A stretch of 64,000 nt of DNA from a bacterium (GCA_043800535.1 JAZDMV010000023.1:27264-91263); one strand, 5' to 3'; shown: positions 18,977 through 29,085, counted from the first letter of the stretch. Numbers and translations: made by a program. Notes: generated by a model from the letters alone, not told the origin.

Positions 18977-19534
18977 CTATACCGTCATTATCTCTTTCTC
19001 TTTCTTTTCGCCTATCTCTTTTATTTTCCCGTTGTATTCATCGATCAATTTCTGCAGTTCTTCCTTGCCGCGGAATTTATCGTCTTCACGGATTTTTCCC
19101 GCATCCGCCAGATCCTGCATCTGCCTCCAGGCGCCTTCTCTTGCCTGCCTGATTGATATACGGCCTTCTTCCAGTTTCTGATGCAGGGTTTTAACCAGTT
19201 CTTTTCGCGTTTCCTCGCTCGGCACGGACAAATTAATTCTTATGGAATCGCCGTCAACAGCCGAGCTTAGCCCCGGCGCAGAACTAATAATTGCTTTTTC
19301 TATGTTTTTGACGATTGTTTTATCCCACGGCTGGATGATTAAAGTCCGTGAATCCCTCAAATTAATCGCGGCAAGCTGTTTCAACTGCATTTTGCTGTTA
19401 TAACAGTCAACCATAACGTTTTCTATGAGCGCGGGGCTTGCGTGGCCCGTACGCAGAACTGAAATTTCTTGCTTCGCTTTTTCAATAATCTTCTCTAAAT
19501 TCGGCTTGAGATTTTTAATAATTTCTCCGTACAT
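18977..19534 (-). CDS. frr: Ribosome recycling factor.
   Basis: ISVLRTGHASPALIENVMVDCYN is an RRF signature. Confidence 0.9.
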   Translation of the reverse strand: MYGEIIKNLKPNLEKIIEKAKQEISVLRTGHASPALIENVMVDCYNSKMQLKQLAAINLRDSRTLIIQPWDKTIVKNIEKAIISSAPGLSSAVDGDSIRINLSVPSEETRKELVKTLHQKLEEGRISIRQAREGAWRQMQDLADAGKIREDDKFRGKEELQKLIDEYNGKIKEIGEKKEKEIMTV

Positions 19535-19565
19535 ATTTTATTTTTATATTTTATTTTTTATATTT

Positions 19566-20633
19566 TTACTCACTCGTCCCCAAATAAATAAGATTCGGAG
19601 ACATCGGGTCAATCTTAATCAGCTCAATCTTACGCGAAGTAGAAATCTGTTGAGTGGTCCAGGTCTGGCCGCTATTGGCTGACCGGTAAAAAACAGAGCC
19701 AGCGGCATAATATATCGTCTCCGGATTTAACTGGTCTTGAATAATTGCCGAAATCGCAGTTGAGCTTTCAGGCATCAAAATTTTAAGGTCCTGCCAGGTC
19801 TGGCCAGCGTCCCCCGACTTCATTATAGCGTCCGCCAATGCTGCGTATAAAATCCCAGAGTCGCGCGGGTCAATAACAAATCCAATCGCCTTTTTCGTCC
19901 CTAAAAAATCTTTGGCACCCAAGGGAAGTTCCTGCCAGGTTTGGCCAAAATCAGAGCTTTTTTGCAGGCCGTTATTTTCCGTATTTACATAAATTATCTG
20001 GCTGCTTTTTGGATCAATTTTAATATCAGAAATTCCGCTCGAGAACCATTTGAGCGACTGCCAACTGGTACCGTAATCCATGCTTTTCAGCAGGCCTCCT
20101 TCCGAAGTGCCAATATATAAGAATCCTTCATTACGCCGGTCTGCCTCAACGGCCGTCACCGCTGCTCCTTCTTTTGAAATAACATACCCCTCCTGCCAGC
20201 TGACGCCTCCGTCTTGGCTCCGCAAAAGCTTGCCAAAACTATTTTGCAAAACCGCCGCGAAAATGTAATTAGGATTTTTATTGTCAATTTCAACATCATA
20301 AACATCCGCCCTTTTATATAATACGTTGTTGTTATCAGAAAGTTGCTGCCACGTCTCTCCTTCGTTTTCGCTTTTATAAATACCGTTTCCCTGCGTGCCC
20401 ATAAAAAGAATGCTGGGCCTTGCATTGTCTATTGCTAATGACAAGACACCCATACGCCCGATATCCTGTTTTGCACTAATTTTAACTTTCTGCTGCCAGG
20501 TTGAGCCAAAGTCATCCGAACGGAAAATCCCTCCGTCCTTTGACAAGTTGCAGCTAAATGGCAAAACAGCGGCTGTAAAAACAAAAACTGGCGCAATAAA
20601 TATAAAATTTGCTTTTTCAAAAAATTTTGGCAT
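19566..20633 (-). CDS. Secreted BNR/Asp-box repeat protein (sialidase/Ycf48-like beta-propeller).
   Basis: Seven SxDxGxTW-type Asp-box repeats are present (SDDFGSTWQ, SENEGETWQ, SQDGGVSWQ, ...), with an N-terminal signal or anchor sequence. Confidence 0.7.
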   Translation of the reverse strand: MPKFFEKANFIFIAPVFVFTAAVLPFSCNLSKDGGIFRSDDFGSTWQQKVKISAKQDIGRMGVLSLAIDNARPSILFMGTQGNGIYKSENEGETWQQLSDNNNVLYKRADVYDVEIDNKNPNYIFAAVLQNSFGKLLRSQDGGVSWQEGYVISKEGAAVTAVEADRRNEGFLYIGTSEGGLLKSMDYGTSWQSLKWFSSGISDIKIDPKSSQIIYVNTENNGLQKSSDFGQTWQELPLGAKDFLGTKKAIGFVIDPRDSGILYAALADAIMKSGDAGQTWQDLKILMPESSTAISAIIQDQLNPETIYYAAGSVFYRSANSGQTWTTQQISTSRKIELIKIDPMSPNLIYLGTSE

Positions 20634-20635
20634 AT

Positions 20636-21673
20636 TTAAAATTTTAACAATAAATTTTCTAAAATTAGCCTGGCGTTGAAGCTGCTTTCACCAAGTAACC
20701 TTTGCGTCTCCTGAATATTTTTTATCAGGACACAAATTTTGCTAAACGGATATAAGCCGCTTTTTTCTTCCAGAATAGTCAGATTTTTTGCACCAACGCC
20801 CGCCAGCATCTGATCCCGAAACCAAACCAACCACTGCCCCAAAGCTTCTTGGGCTTCGGGCGTATTTTGCGCCATTTTCTGGGCATATCTGAACCTCTCG
20901 GAAAAATCTTTTTTTATCAGGTATTTCAGGTCGTCAACTAGTTTTTCCTGCCTCTGCCACGCCTCGTCTTCATTTAAAAGCGATACTGCCGCGCCCGGCC
21001 TGCCGGCTGATAATCTAGCCGCTTGTTTTATTTTTTTGTCATTTCCTGCACCAAGTTTTTTTAATCCTTCGGCGATCAAATTTTCTTTTACTGGCAGAAA
21101 TTTTATCAATTGGCAGCGCGAAACAATTGTTGCAAGAAGCGCCTGCGGCCGGCTCGTTATCAAAATCAACAAACTTTTTTGCGGTGGTTCTTCAAGCGTT
21201 TTTAAAAGGCAATTAGCCGCTTCCTGCGTCATTTTATCTGCTTCGTCAATAATTATCACTTTTTTTGTCGCAGAAAAAGGCGTTAAGTTCAGCTGATGCT
21301 GCAATTCGCGGATCTGGCCGATTTTTATTTCCTTATTTTTTACTTGTTCTTCCTCTTTCTCACCATTAATTGCTGCTTTGCTGCTTTCGCCGCCTGGTAC
21401 AACAAATAAAACATCGGGGTGCCTCCCTTGTTCAATCAGCAAACAGTTACGACACTTGCCGCCACGCTCAGCGTGGCTAGAGACGCGCTCAGCGCGCTCG
21501 CAAGCGCCGGAACCATCCGCCGCGTTTTGACATAAAAGCGCCTTTATAAATTCAAATGCGACTATTTTTTTTCCAACCTTCGGCGGACCGGCAAAAAGAT
21601 AAGCATGCGCCATGCGCCCGGTCTTTATGCTTCGCGACAAAAAATCAATAATTTTTTGATGGCCGATAATCAT
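20636..21673 (-). CDS. holB: DNA polymerase III subunit delta' (HolB).
   Basis: HAYLFAGPPKVGKK...LLCQ...GKCRNC...HPD. It carries a 15-aa palindrome-encoded insertion in the zinc-module loop (see findings). Confidence 0.75.
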   Translation of the reverse strand: MIIGHQKIIDFLSRSIKTGRMAHAYLFAGPPKVGKKIVAFEFIKALLCQNAADGSGACERAERVSSHAERGGKCRNCLLIEQGRHPDVLFVVPGGESSKAAINGEKEEEQVKNKEIKIGQIRELQHQLNLTPFSATKKVIIIDEADKMTQEAANCLLKTLEEPPQKSLLILITSRPQALLATIVSRCQLIKFLPVKENLIAEGLKKLGAGNDKKIKQAARLSAGRPGAAVSLLNEDEAWQRQEKLVDDLKYLIKKDFSERFRYAQKMAQNTPEAQEALGQWLVWFRDQMLAGVGAKNLTILEEKSGLYPFSKICVLIKNIQETQRLLGESSFNARLILENLLLKF

Positions 21674-21725
21674 ACAAACTCAAAACCATAGCCATAAAAA
21701 TCAAAACTTCAAGCTGTTCTGCGAT

Positions 21726-21756
21726 CTTGACATTTGAGTTTTGACATTTGAACTTT
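21726..21756. promoter_or_regulatory. Tandem TTGACATTTGA(G/A) motif in the holB upstream region.
   Basis: cTTGACATTTGAGTTTTGACATTTGAACTTT. The 16-mer TTGACATTTGAACTTT recurs at 2409..2424. Confidence 0.4.
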
Positions 21757-22863
21757 TTATATATTATACCCCACTTTCTTCAAAAAATCTATCAGCTCCC
21801 GCCTGAATCTTTCTTCTGAAAACTTCTCCGCCCGTTTATGGATAACAAGAGGGCTATAATTGGTGAGATTCTCGCGCAGGCGGCGGACTCCGTCCGCCAA
21901 AATCTCCGGCACCGCGTCGTAAAAAAATTCACCCGTTACGCCCGGAATTATTGTTTCAAGCGCGCCACCTCTGCCAAAAGCCAGAACCGGCTTGCCCCAA
22001 CCCATTGCCTCAACGGGCGCTATGCCAAAATCATCTTCGCCCGCAAAAACGAAAGCGGTGCAATTCTTCAGGTATTTATTTTTTTCCTCCTCGTTTCTTT
22101 CGCCTAAGAATTTAATTGTCGGGCCAGCCAGCTCCTCTAATTTTTCTCTTTCCGGCCCGTCACCGATTATTAAAAGCAGCAATTTCAAACGATTAAACGC
22201 CTCAATTGCCAGGTCAATGCGTTTATAGGGTGTCAGCTGCGATACAATCAGAAAATAATTTTCATCTTTTGCTGTCCTGAATTGTCCAAACGTCGGCAGA
22301 CAAACAGGCGGGTAAATAATAAAAGCGTTTCGGCGATAATACTTTTGTATTTTTTCTCTTGTCGCTCTGGAATTAGCGATAAAATAATCGGGCCGCCGCG
22401 ATGAGGATTTATCCCATATCCTCAAATAATGTACTACTAAAGTTGCCAAGGCCCGGCGAACTGGCCCAAAGTCTTGCTCGCGGATATATTGCTTGTTCCA
22501 GTCCCACAGAAACCTTGAAGGCGCGTGACAGTAGCAAATGTGCGTGGTGCCGGGCCGGGTGATTATGGATTTGGCGAAAGCCGAAGACGAAGAAATAACC
22601 AGATCGAATTCCCGCAGATCAAATGTTTCGGCCGCTACTGGTAAAAATGGCAGAAGGTGTTTCTGCCGGCGCCTGATAAATTTGGGCAGCTTTTGCAAAA
22701 AAGATGGCCGTATGTCTGCCCCTGCCAAAACTCCGCCCATTTTTTCTTCGTCGTATAAAAGAGTGTAAATCGGAGCTTCAGGAAAAATTTCATGCAATTT
22801 TAAAAGAACCCTCTCCGCCCCTCCTAATCTAATTAAATAATCGTGGACTAAAGCGACCTTCAT
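21757..22863 (-). CDS. Glycosyltransferase family 4 (GT-B).
   Basis: The C-terminal EX7E-like region is FVFAGEDDFGIAPVEAMGWGKPVLA. The start was chosen at the ATG that abuts the upstream stop, whereas the ORF track extends to 22908. Confidence 0.7.
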   Translation of the reverse strand: MKVALVHDYLIRLGGAERVLLKLHEIFPEAPIYTLLYDEEKMGGVLAGADIRPSFLQKLPKFIRRRQKHLLPFLPVAAETFDLREFDLVISSSSAFAKSIITRPGTTHICYCHAPSRFLWDWNKQYIREQDFGPVRRALATLVVHYLRIWDKSSSRRPDYFIANSRATREKIQKYYRRNAFIIYPPVCLPTFGQFRTAKDENYFLIVSQLTPYKRIDLAIEAFNRLKLLLLIIGDGPEREKLEELAGPTIKFLGERNEEEKNKYLKNCTAFVFAGEDDFGIAPVEAMGWGKPVLAFGRGGALETIIPGVTGEFFYDAVPEILADGVRRLRENLTNYSPLVIHKRAEKFSEERFRRELIDFLKKVGYNI

Positions 22864-23993
22864 TTTTCCGTCAAAAATTGCAGCGTCTCCTTCGCGCATT
22901 TTTTCCAACTAAACCGTTTTAAATTTTCGTATCCCAATTCTATCAGCTTATCACGCGCCTGCTTGTCGTCAATCAATTTGTAAATAGTTTCCGCGATCTC
23001 TTCAGAGTTTTTTGGACTAACAAGCAATGCCGAATTGTTTACCACTTCCGGCATGCTTGATATATTCGAAGTGACTACGGGAATACCAGCGGCCTGCGCC
23101 TCCAAAATCGGCATGCCAAAACCCTCATAGAGCGAAGGGAAAAGAAATACGTCTGCACCGGACAACAATTTTTGCTTTTCATCTTCGCTGACATAGCCAA
23201 GTTCGTGGACTTGAAACTTGAAACTTGAGACTTGAGACCTTATTTTATCATAGCCGAATCCCGGCGAGCCGACCAAAACCAATTCATGCGGGATTTTGTA
23301 CTTCTCTTTTAATGTATTATACGCCTCAAGAATCCCCAAAACATTCTTTTTCAATTCAATTCGTCCTATATACAACAAATATGGTCTGTCTACATCTGTC
23401 ATCCCGGGCTTGACCCGGGATCCAGGCTGTGGACTCTGACTTTTGTCAGATTTGCAAAATGACACTCCGTGATGTACTACGGTAATTTTTGATTCATCTG
23501 CCTCATATAGCTTCATCAAATCATTTTTCGTACTTTGGGACACCGCAATAATTTTTCTTGCATGCTTGACCGCATATTTTGTGCTCCATCGCAAATATTG
23601 CCGGTGACGCCACGGATACATTTCGGGAAAATACTCGTATTCCAGGCCATGAATCGTAACGACTGAATTTTTCGGATGCACCAACGGCAAAACATGCACT
23701 GGAATAAAAAGCGCATCGGGCTTATTAAAAACCATCTCCGACGCCAATCTCAACTGCGTCCACATCGGCAAAGGCCATTTTAATTTTTTGACCTGAAAAT
23801 TCTCGGGCAATTCAAAGTCAAATCTGGGTAAACCCGCCTCCGCTCTTCGAGCTACGGCGGGCAAGTATAACAAAAATCGATGCTCCCCAGCTTCTGGCAG
23901 CATCGTTAAATGTTTTATCAACTGGTATACATACTCTTCAACGCCCGTTCGCGGCTGTTTTATCGCCGCCGCAGCGTTAATTCCGATAGTCAT
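22860..23993 (-). CDS. Glycosyltransferase family 4 (GT-B) with an in-frame palindromic insertion in the interdomain linker.
   Basis: FLFPSLYEGFGMPILEAQAAGIPVV. The 66-bp GC-rich element at 23398..23463 lies inside the ORF. Confidence 0.7.
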   Translation of the reverse strand: MTIGINAAAAIKQPRTGVEEYVYQLIKHLTMLPEAGEHRFLLYLPAVARRAEAGLPRFDFELPENFQVKKLKWPLPMWTQLRLASEMVFNKPDALFIPVHVLPLVHPKNSVVTIHGLEYEYFPEMYPWRHRQYLRWSTKYAVKHARKIIAVSQSTKNDLMKLYEADESKITVVHHGVSFCKSDKSQSPQPGSRVKPGMTDVDRPYLLYIGRIELKKNVLGILEAYNTLKEKYKIPHELVLVGSPGFGYDKIRSQVSSFKFQVHELGYVSEDEKQKLLSGADVFLFPSLYEGFGMPILEAQAAGIPVVTSNISSMPEVVNNSALLVSPKNSEEIAETIYKLIDDKQARDKLIELGYENLKRFSWKKCAKETLQFLTEK

Positions 23994-24047
23994 ATGCTTA
24001 TATTTTACAAAAAAAGGGGGGATTGGAATATCCCACTTTTGCGGGTT

Positions 24048-24491
24048 TTAATCTTTCCATCCATATTCACCATATGCAATTCCCTTCAAATAGAGCCTAA
24101 ATACTTCTTTGATATAATCAACTGTATTCTTTGGCGGTTTTTTTATTGGGAAAAATCTCATATCATCACATTTATGTGGCTCCATAATTTTTGGCTCACC
24201 CTTCCAGTTCTTTACTGTAAAGAAAATATCTATTCTTTCTCCATCGTCTGCCCTTCTGCTCAAAACATGCACAAGACGAACATCTTTTAATCTAATTGAA
24301 ATCCCAATTTCTTCTTTTATTTCACGTATTAATGCTTGACCTATTGATTCCTTCCCTTCCAGATGGCCGGAAGGTAGCCCATATTGACCATCACAAAAAC
24401 CTGTTTGAAATCTTCGTATCAAAAGAACTTCATCTTTTTTTGTTAAAATAAGGTACACTGCGGGTATTATCTTGAATCTTTGTTTTTTCAT
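24048..24491 (-). CDS. Nudix hydrolase.
   Basis: Nudix box GHLEGKESIGQALIREIKEEIGI. Confidence 0.8.
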   Translation of the reverse strand: MKKQRFKIIPAVYLILTKKDEVLLIRRFQTGFCDGQYGLPSGHLEGKESIGQALIREIKEEIGISIRLKDVRLVHVLSRRADDGERIDIFFTVKNWKGEPKIMEPHKCDDMRFFPIKKPPKNTVDYIKEVFRLYLKGIAYGEYGWKD

Positions 24492-24501
24492 TTTACCTCC
24501 G

Positions 24502-24915
24502 TTATTTTATTTTTTCCAAATCGCCATTTATTATAACGGGCTTCATCGCTTCAGTTTCAGTCCTATAAAATTCAAACTCCGGCAAAGGATTTAATATAAA
24601 TATTTTTTGGTTCAATACATGCGCAAAACCAATTTCCAAGAAAGTGTTTGCACCGATATAATTTTTCACGCCGTTTTTATCATAATTTAAAACCAAAACC
24701 GCATCCGCACCTTGCATTTGCCGCCAAAATTCACGAATCGCGTCCATATTGTATTTTTGGTGCAACTTAATCTTTTCCTTCTCTTCGTCGCTTTTTCCTA
24801 TTAAATTATAATGCAACGGGGTCAAAAAACCTTCATGCCCATACGTTTTCAGCGCATCACATACCTCCAGCATTTTCTCCGTAAATTGCATACTGCCGAT
24901 AATCCCAATTTTCAT
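24502..24915 (-). CDS. Hypothetical Rossmann-like protein, possibly related to nucleoside 2-deoxyribosyltransferase or LOG.
   Basis: MKIGIIGS...YIGANTFLEIGFA. The similarity to a named family is weak. Confidence 0.3.
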   Translation of the reverse strand: MKIGIIGSMQFTEKMLEVCDALKTYGHEGFLTPLHYNLIGKSDEEKEKIKLHQKYNMDAIREFWRQMQGADAVLVLNYDKNGVKNYIGANTFLEIGFAHVLNQKIFILNPLPEFEFYRTETEAMKPVIINGDLEKIK

Positions 24916-24926
24916 ATGTTAAAAAA

Positions 24927-25940
24927 TTATTTTTTACTCATCACACTTCTCTTATACACATCAAGATGGTCTAGCGCAATGCCTGCGCCTTTGGCCACGC
25001 ACAGAAGCGGGTCTTCGGCCACAAAACAGGGCACGCCCGTCGCCTGCGTGATAAGCTCGTCAAGGTTGCGCAGGAGCGCCCCGCCGCCCGATAAAATCAT
25101 ACCTTTGTCCATCACGTCAGCCGAAAGTTCTGGCGGCGTATCGTGCAAAACAATTTTTACCGTCTGCACTATCTCCCGCAGACTGTCCGCAATCGCATCG
25201 GTAATTTCGTTGGTCTTGACCGTTATATTCTTTGGCAGACCGCTTATTAGATCACGGCCTCTTGTTTCAAAACTCAGCTCGTTTTTCTGCGGCAAGGCGC
25301 TGCCCACCGCAATTTTTATTTCTTCGGCTGTCCGTTCGCCCACTGCCAGATTATATTTTTTACGCAAAAATTCGGCAATCGCCTGGTCAAGCTTATTTCC
25401 GCCTATTCTGACCGAAGCCCAGGCAACGATTCCGCCAAGCGAAATCACGGCTACTTCAGAAGTGCCTCCGCCAACATCAATTATCATATGGCCAACCGGC
25501 TCGTTAATGGGAATGCCTGCACCAATTGCGGCCAGCACCGGCTCTTTAACGATATAGGCGGCCTTGGCTCCTGCATTTAAAGTCGCGTCAACCACGGCAC
25601 GCCTCTCTGTTGAAGTAATGCCGGCCGGCACAGCTACCATCACATCCGGCCTAAAAATTCTTACAGAACCCGTGGTCTTGTTGATAAAATAACGCAGCAT
25701 TGCCTCGGTCACCCGATAGTCGGCAATTACTCCGTCTCTCATGGGCCTGGAAGCCACAATCGTGTCGGGCGTCCGGCCAAGCATCTCCCGCGCTTCGTTG
25801 CCAACAGCCAAAATCCGGTTATCGTCCAACGATACCGCCACGACCGTCGGCTCGTTTATGACAAGCCCCTTGCCCGGTACATAAACCAGGGTGTTGGCCG
25901 TGCCAAGGTCAATGCCGATTTTTTTGATGAAAAACGCCAT
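24927..25940 (-). CDS. MreB-like actin homolog (second paralog).
   Basis: IGIDLGTANTLVYV...DVGGGTSEVAVISLGG. It is distinct from the mreB at 16490..17542. Confidence 0.85.
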   Translation of the reverse strand: MAFFIKKIGIDLGTANTLVYVPGKGLVINEPTVVAVSLDDNRILAVGNEAREMLGRTPDTIVASRPMRDGVIADYRVTEAMLRYFINKTTGSVRIFRPDVMVAVPAGITSTERRAVVDATLNAGAKAAYIVKEPVLAAIGAGIPINEPVGHMIIDVGGGTSEVAVISLGGIVAWASVRIGGNKLDQAIAEFLRKKYNLAVGERTAEEIKIAVGSALPQKNELSFETRGRDLISGLPKNITVKTNEITDAIADSLREIVQTVKIVLHDTPPELSADVMDKGMILSGGGALLRNLDELITQATGVPCFVAEDPLLCVAKGAGIALDHLDVYKRSVMSKK

Positions 25941-25945
25941 ATTTT

Positions 25946-27217
25946 TTATGCACTAACTTTTTTTATATCCGCCCCCAACCCCGACAACCTTTCTACTAAC
26001 GCCTCATACCCCCGTTCGATCTGATAAATATTATCTATCTCTGTTTTCCCTTCGGCGATCAATCCTGCCATAACCAGCGCCATCCCGGCTCTTAAGTCAG
26101 GACTGACCAATTTGCGGCCATGCAATTTTGTCGGTCCGTTAACAACAATGCGATGAGGGTCGGCCAGGATAATATTTGCACCCATTTGTGTCAGCAGGTC
26201 CGCAAAGAGCAGGCGACGATCGTAAAGCGTTTCATGAATTAAGCAGGAATCACGCGCCTGCGTCATTAGGACAGTATAGGCTGATTGCAAATCTGTGGCA
26301 AATCCCGGGTATTCGTGAGTTTTCAGATCAAAGGCTAATATATTTTTGCTCGGGGAAACTTTTATGCTGTCTCTGCCTAATTTGTAATTTACACCTGTTT
26401 TATTAAACTGCGCCCACAGTGCCTCAAGATGCATCGGCTCACATTTCTTTATTAAAATACTGCCAGAATTTGAAGCGGCCGCCAGCATCGCAAAAGTACC
26501 TGCCTCTATCCTGTCAGGAATAATTTTATACTCGCCGCCGCCCAATTTTTTGACTCCTTTAATTTTTATCGTTGAAGTTCCAGCACCATCAATTTTTGCC
26601 CCTATTTTATTTAAAAAACCAGCCAACGCGGGAATTTCCGGCTCCATGGCACAGTTTTTTAAAATTGTCACGCCTTCGGCGAGACAAGCCGTTGTCATCA
26701 AACTTTCCGTGCCCGTCACTGTCATTTTTCTGAAAAATATTTCCGCTCCTTTTAATTTTTTTGCGGTTAGCCGGTAGTGATTATCAAATATCTTAACTTT
26801 CGCGCCCATTTTTTCAAAACCATCCAAAAATTCATCGATCGGCCTAGTTCCCGCGCCGATGACACAACCGCCCGGATGCGGAAAATAAACCTCCTGGCAG
26901 GTTGCTAAAAGCGGGCCCACAAACATGATTGAGGCCCGAAACTTGTTAATAAGCGCTGATGACAAATTAACGCAAACTTTGCTTTTGAACTGGATCTCAT
27001 CTACTCCTTTTTTTATTTTTTTTACGTTGTGCCCTAAAGCCACAAGCATCTCCTCTGCCCGCCTGCAGTCCTCAATTTCGGGCAGATTTGTCACTAAAAT
27101 CGGCTCCTGTGTCAAAAGAGCCACGGGAAAAATTTTAAGCGCCGCGTTTTTTGCGCCTCTGACCTCAATTTCCCCTTCGAGCGCCTTGCCGCCATTGATG
27201 ATAAATTTATCCATCAC
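25946..27217 (-). CDS. murA: UDP-N-acetylglucosamine 1-carboxyvinyltransferase.
   Basis: MMDKFIINGGKALEGEIEVRGAKNAAL is an MurA/EPSP-synthase-fold N-terminus. Length is 423 aa. Confidence 0.85.
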   Translation of the reverse strand: MMDKFIINGGKALEGEIEVRGAKNAALKIFPVALLTQEPILVTNLPEIEDCRRAEEMLVALGHNVKKIKKGVDEIQFKSKVCVNLSSALINKFRASIMFVGPLLATCQEVYFPHPGGCVIGAGTRPIDEFLDGFEKMGAKVKIFDNHYRLTAKKLKGAEIFFRKMTVTGTESLMTTACLAEGVTILKNCAMEPEIPALAGFLNKIGAKIDGAGTSTIKIKGVKKLGGGEYKIIPDRIEAGTFAMLAAASNSGSILIKKCEPMHLEALWAQFNKTGVNYKLGRDSIKVSPSKNILAFDLKTHEYPGFATDLQSAYTVLMTQARDSCLIHETLYDRRLLFADLLTQMGANIILADPHRIVVNGPTKLHGRKLVSPDLRAGMALVMAGLIAEGKTEIDNIYQIERGYEALVERLSGLGADIKKVSA

Positions 27218-27307
27218 AAAAACAATAATTTATGATTTTATCTTATACCAAATGCCGCCTTTTGACAATCTTGAAAAATATTCAAAAGTGCGCTATATTT
27301 GTAATTA

Positions 27308-28384
27308 ATGACTCTGCGCACAAGACGCTTGCTTTTTTGCTTTTTTGTTCTCGTATTCCTAGTCGCCACCCCGGGCGTTTTGTTTTATGCTGCTGGCTAT
27401 TCGTTTGACTGGCAGAATGCCCGCCTTATTAAGACCGGCGCTTTTTATTTTGACAGCCTGCCCAAAAACGCACAAATTTTTGTTGATAATGAACTATCGG
27501 GCGTAACTCCCAATTTTATCAGCCGCCTTTCACCAGAACAATATCTGGTTAGAATAAGTAAAAACGGCTACACCACCTGGCAAAAAAGTCTTCCGGTAGA
27601 AGAACAAATAACAACCGAAGCCAGAAATATTTTATTAATCCCGAAAAGTCCAAATATAACATGGGTAGCCGATACCGCCAGCTCGACAGAAAAATATTTT
27701 TTGACGCAGGCACAAAAATCTGCAAAACAACTAACTGATAAAATAGCCACCTCGACAAAGTTAAATTTTGCAAATCAGGCCATCTATCAGAATAATCTTT
27801 ATGTTCTGCAAAAACCCAATCTGATTCTTTATCGCGCAGACCTTTCAGGCGCAGTAAAACAACAGCTTTCGCGCGAACCATTGGCCACTTCCACTATTCC
27901 TTACCAGATAAAAATGTCACCGGAACAGACAGCCGTGTTTGAACCGGACGGCAAACTTTATCTTCTTAATAAAGACACCGGTACCTTTAAATTTTTGGCC
28001 GACGGCGTCCAGGGCGCTGATTTTTCTCCAGACAACGAAAAGATGTTTTGGTGGACCGCTCATGAGATCTGGGTCTACTGGCTGAAGGATGTTTATGGCC
28101 AGCCATACCGCAAGGCGGGCGACAGAGAACTCATCACCAGATATTCGGATAAAATAACCCAGGCCGTCTGGTTTGCCAAAACCAGCGAGAACATAATCTA
28201 TGGTGCGGCCGACAGCAACGGCCAAACCCAAATTAAAATCACGGAGCTTGACGGCCGCGACCAAAGAAACACTTTTGACATTTGGACAGCCAAAGACCCT
28301 GATATCTACTGGAACCAAAACAACGATTTGCTCTATGTTTTAACGGAAGGTAAACTGTATTCGGCTGACCTGCTTTCCAGCTAA
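27308..28384 (+). CDS. Membrane-anchored PEGA-domain protein.
   Basis: An N-terminal TM is followed by a PEGA-like motif AQIFVDNELSGVTPNFISRLSPEQYLVRISKNGYTTWQK. Confidence 0.55.
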   Translation: MTLRTRRLLFCFFVLVFLVATPGVLFYAAGYSFDWQNARLIKTGAFYFDSLPKNAQIFVDNELSGVTPNFISRLSPEQYLVRISKNGYTTWQKSLPVEEQITTEARNILLIPKSPNITWVADTASSTEKYFLTQAQKSAKQLTDKIATSTKLNFANQAIYQNNLYVLQKPNLILYRADLSGAVKQQLSREPLATSTIPYQIKMSPEQTAVFEPDGKLYLLNKDTGTFKFLADGVQGADFSPDNEKMFWWTAHEIWVYWLKDVYGQPYRKAGDRELITRYSDKITQAVWFAKTSENIIYGAADSNGQTQIKITELDGRDQRNTFDIWTAKDPDIYWNQNNDLLYVLTEGKLYSADLLSS

Positions 28385-28414
28385 TCCGTGAGCTTTTTGA
28401 CTTTGCAAATTTAA

Positions 28415-28441
28415 AGACCCCGCAGAAATTCTACGGGGTCT
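28415..28441. terminator. Bidirectional intrinsic terminator between convergent genes.
   Basis: AGACCCCG-cagaaattcta-CGGGGTCT with T-runs on both strands. Confidence 0.6.
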
Positions 28442-28443
28442 TT

Positions 28444-29085
28444 CTATTTCTCAAAAACAAAGTGGCCAATTATGCCGATGACCTTAGGCAACTGGGGTTT
28501 CGATATGGATGTGGAAATCCGTAACACTGAAAATCCATCTTCCAGCTGGTGCATAGGCCATGACGACCCGATAACATGCCTTTCCCGGCAATCGCGCATA
28601 AAGCTTACCCACTCGTCCGCCGTCATAACATTAATTCCGTAATAATGATATGATCGGCCTGATTCCAGCAAAAATCCTTTTCGCTGCCCAAGCCAGTCAA
28701 GCGCTCTTATCGCTTCGGTTAGCCCCTCCTCACAGCAAGGACACTGGAAATCGATCATTGGAATATGCCTGATTTTTTCGTCATCCATCCTTACAAGAGA
28801 AACCAATCCCATATTTTCGCGTTTCCTTTTTCGGCACAGCTTTGCCGTCGCCTCAAATGATTCTCCCAGTTCATCCTCCCCGATCCTGAACATCCGCACT
28901 CTTCTGTCGTAATTCCGCTCTGGATCATCATACGCTTCCATTCGCGGCAGTCGCCTGCCTGTTCGGTAAAAGATCAGCTCAAACTTTGCCACGCCATTAA
29001 AGCGAAGGATGAAACCGATAACCTGCTCCAGCGAAACATCATCAATTCTTTTGAAGCTTATTGCCCTTGGATCCAACGCCACCAC
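28444..29085 (-). CDS. Hypothetical protein of 213 aa with a CPCC motif.
   Basis: ORF with a GTG/TTG start region preceded by AAGGAGG. No recognised domain. Confidence 0.4.
   Translation of the reverse strand: MVALDPRAISFKRIDDVSLEQVIGFILRFNGVAKFELIFYRTGRRLPRMEAYDDPERNYDRRVRMFRIGEDELGESFEATAKLCRKRKRENMGLVSLVRMDDEKIRHIPMIDFQCPCCEEGLTEAIRALDWLGQRKGFLLESGRSYHYYGINVMTADEWVSFMRDCRERHVIGSSWPMHQLEDGFSVLRISTSISKPQLPKVIGIIGHFVFEK

Noticed and set aside
23210-23240. The tandem ACTTGAAACTTGAAACTTGAGACTTGAGACC repeat.
   Set aside because: It lies inside the GT4 coding sequence, in frame (encoding a short repetitive Ser/Leu/Lys/Phe/Gln stretch). It has no CRISPR-like spacer structure and is a simple coding tandem repeat.
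28265-28278. The 14-mer TTTTGACATTTGGA inside the PEGA-protein gene, matching the intergenic TTGACATTTGGATTT motif.
   Set aside because: It lies in a well-behaved coding frame (…NTFDIWTAKD…) with no flanking inverted repeat. It is more likely chance, or at most a captured fragment, and is not reported as a regulatory site.
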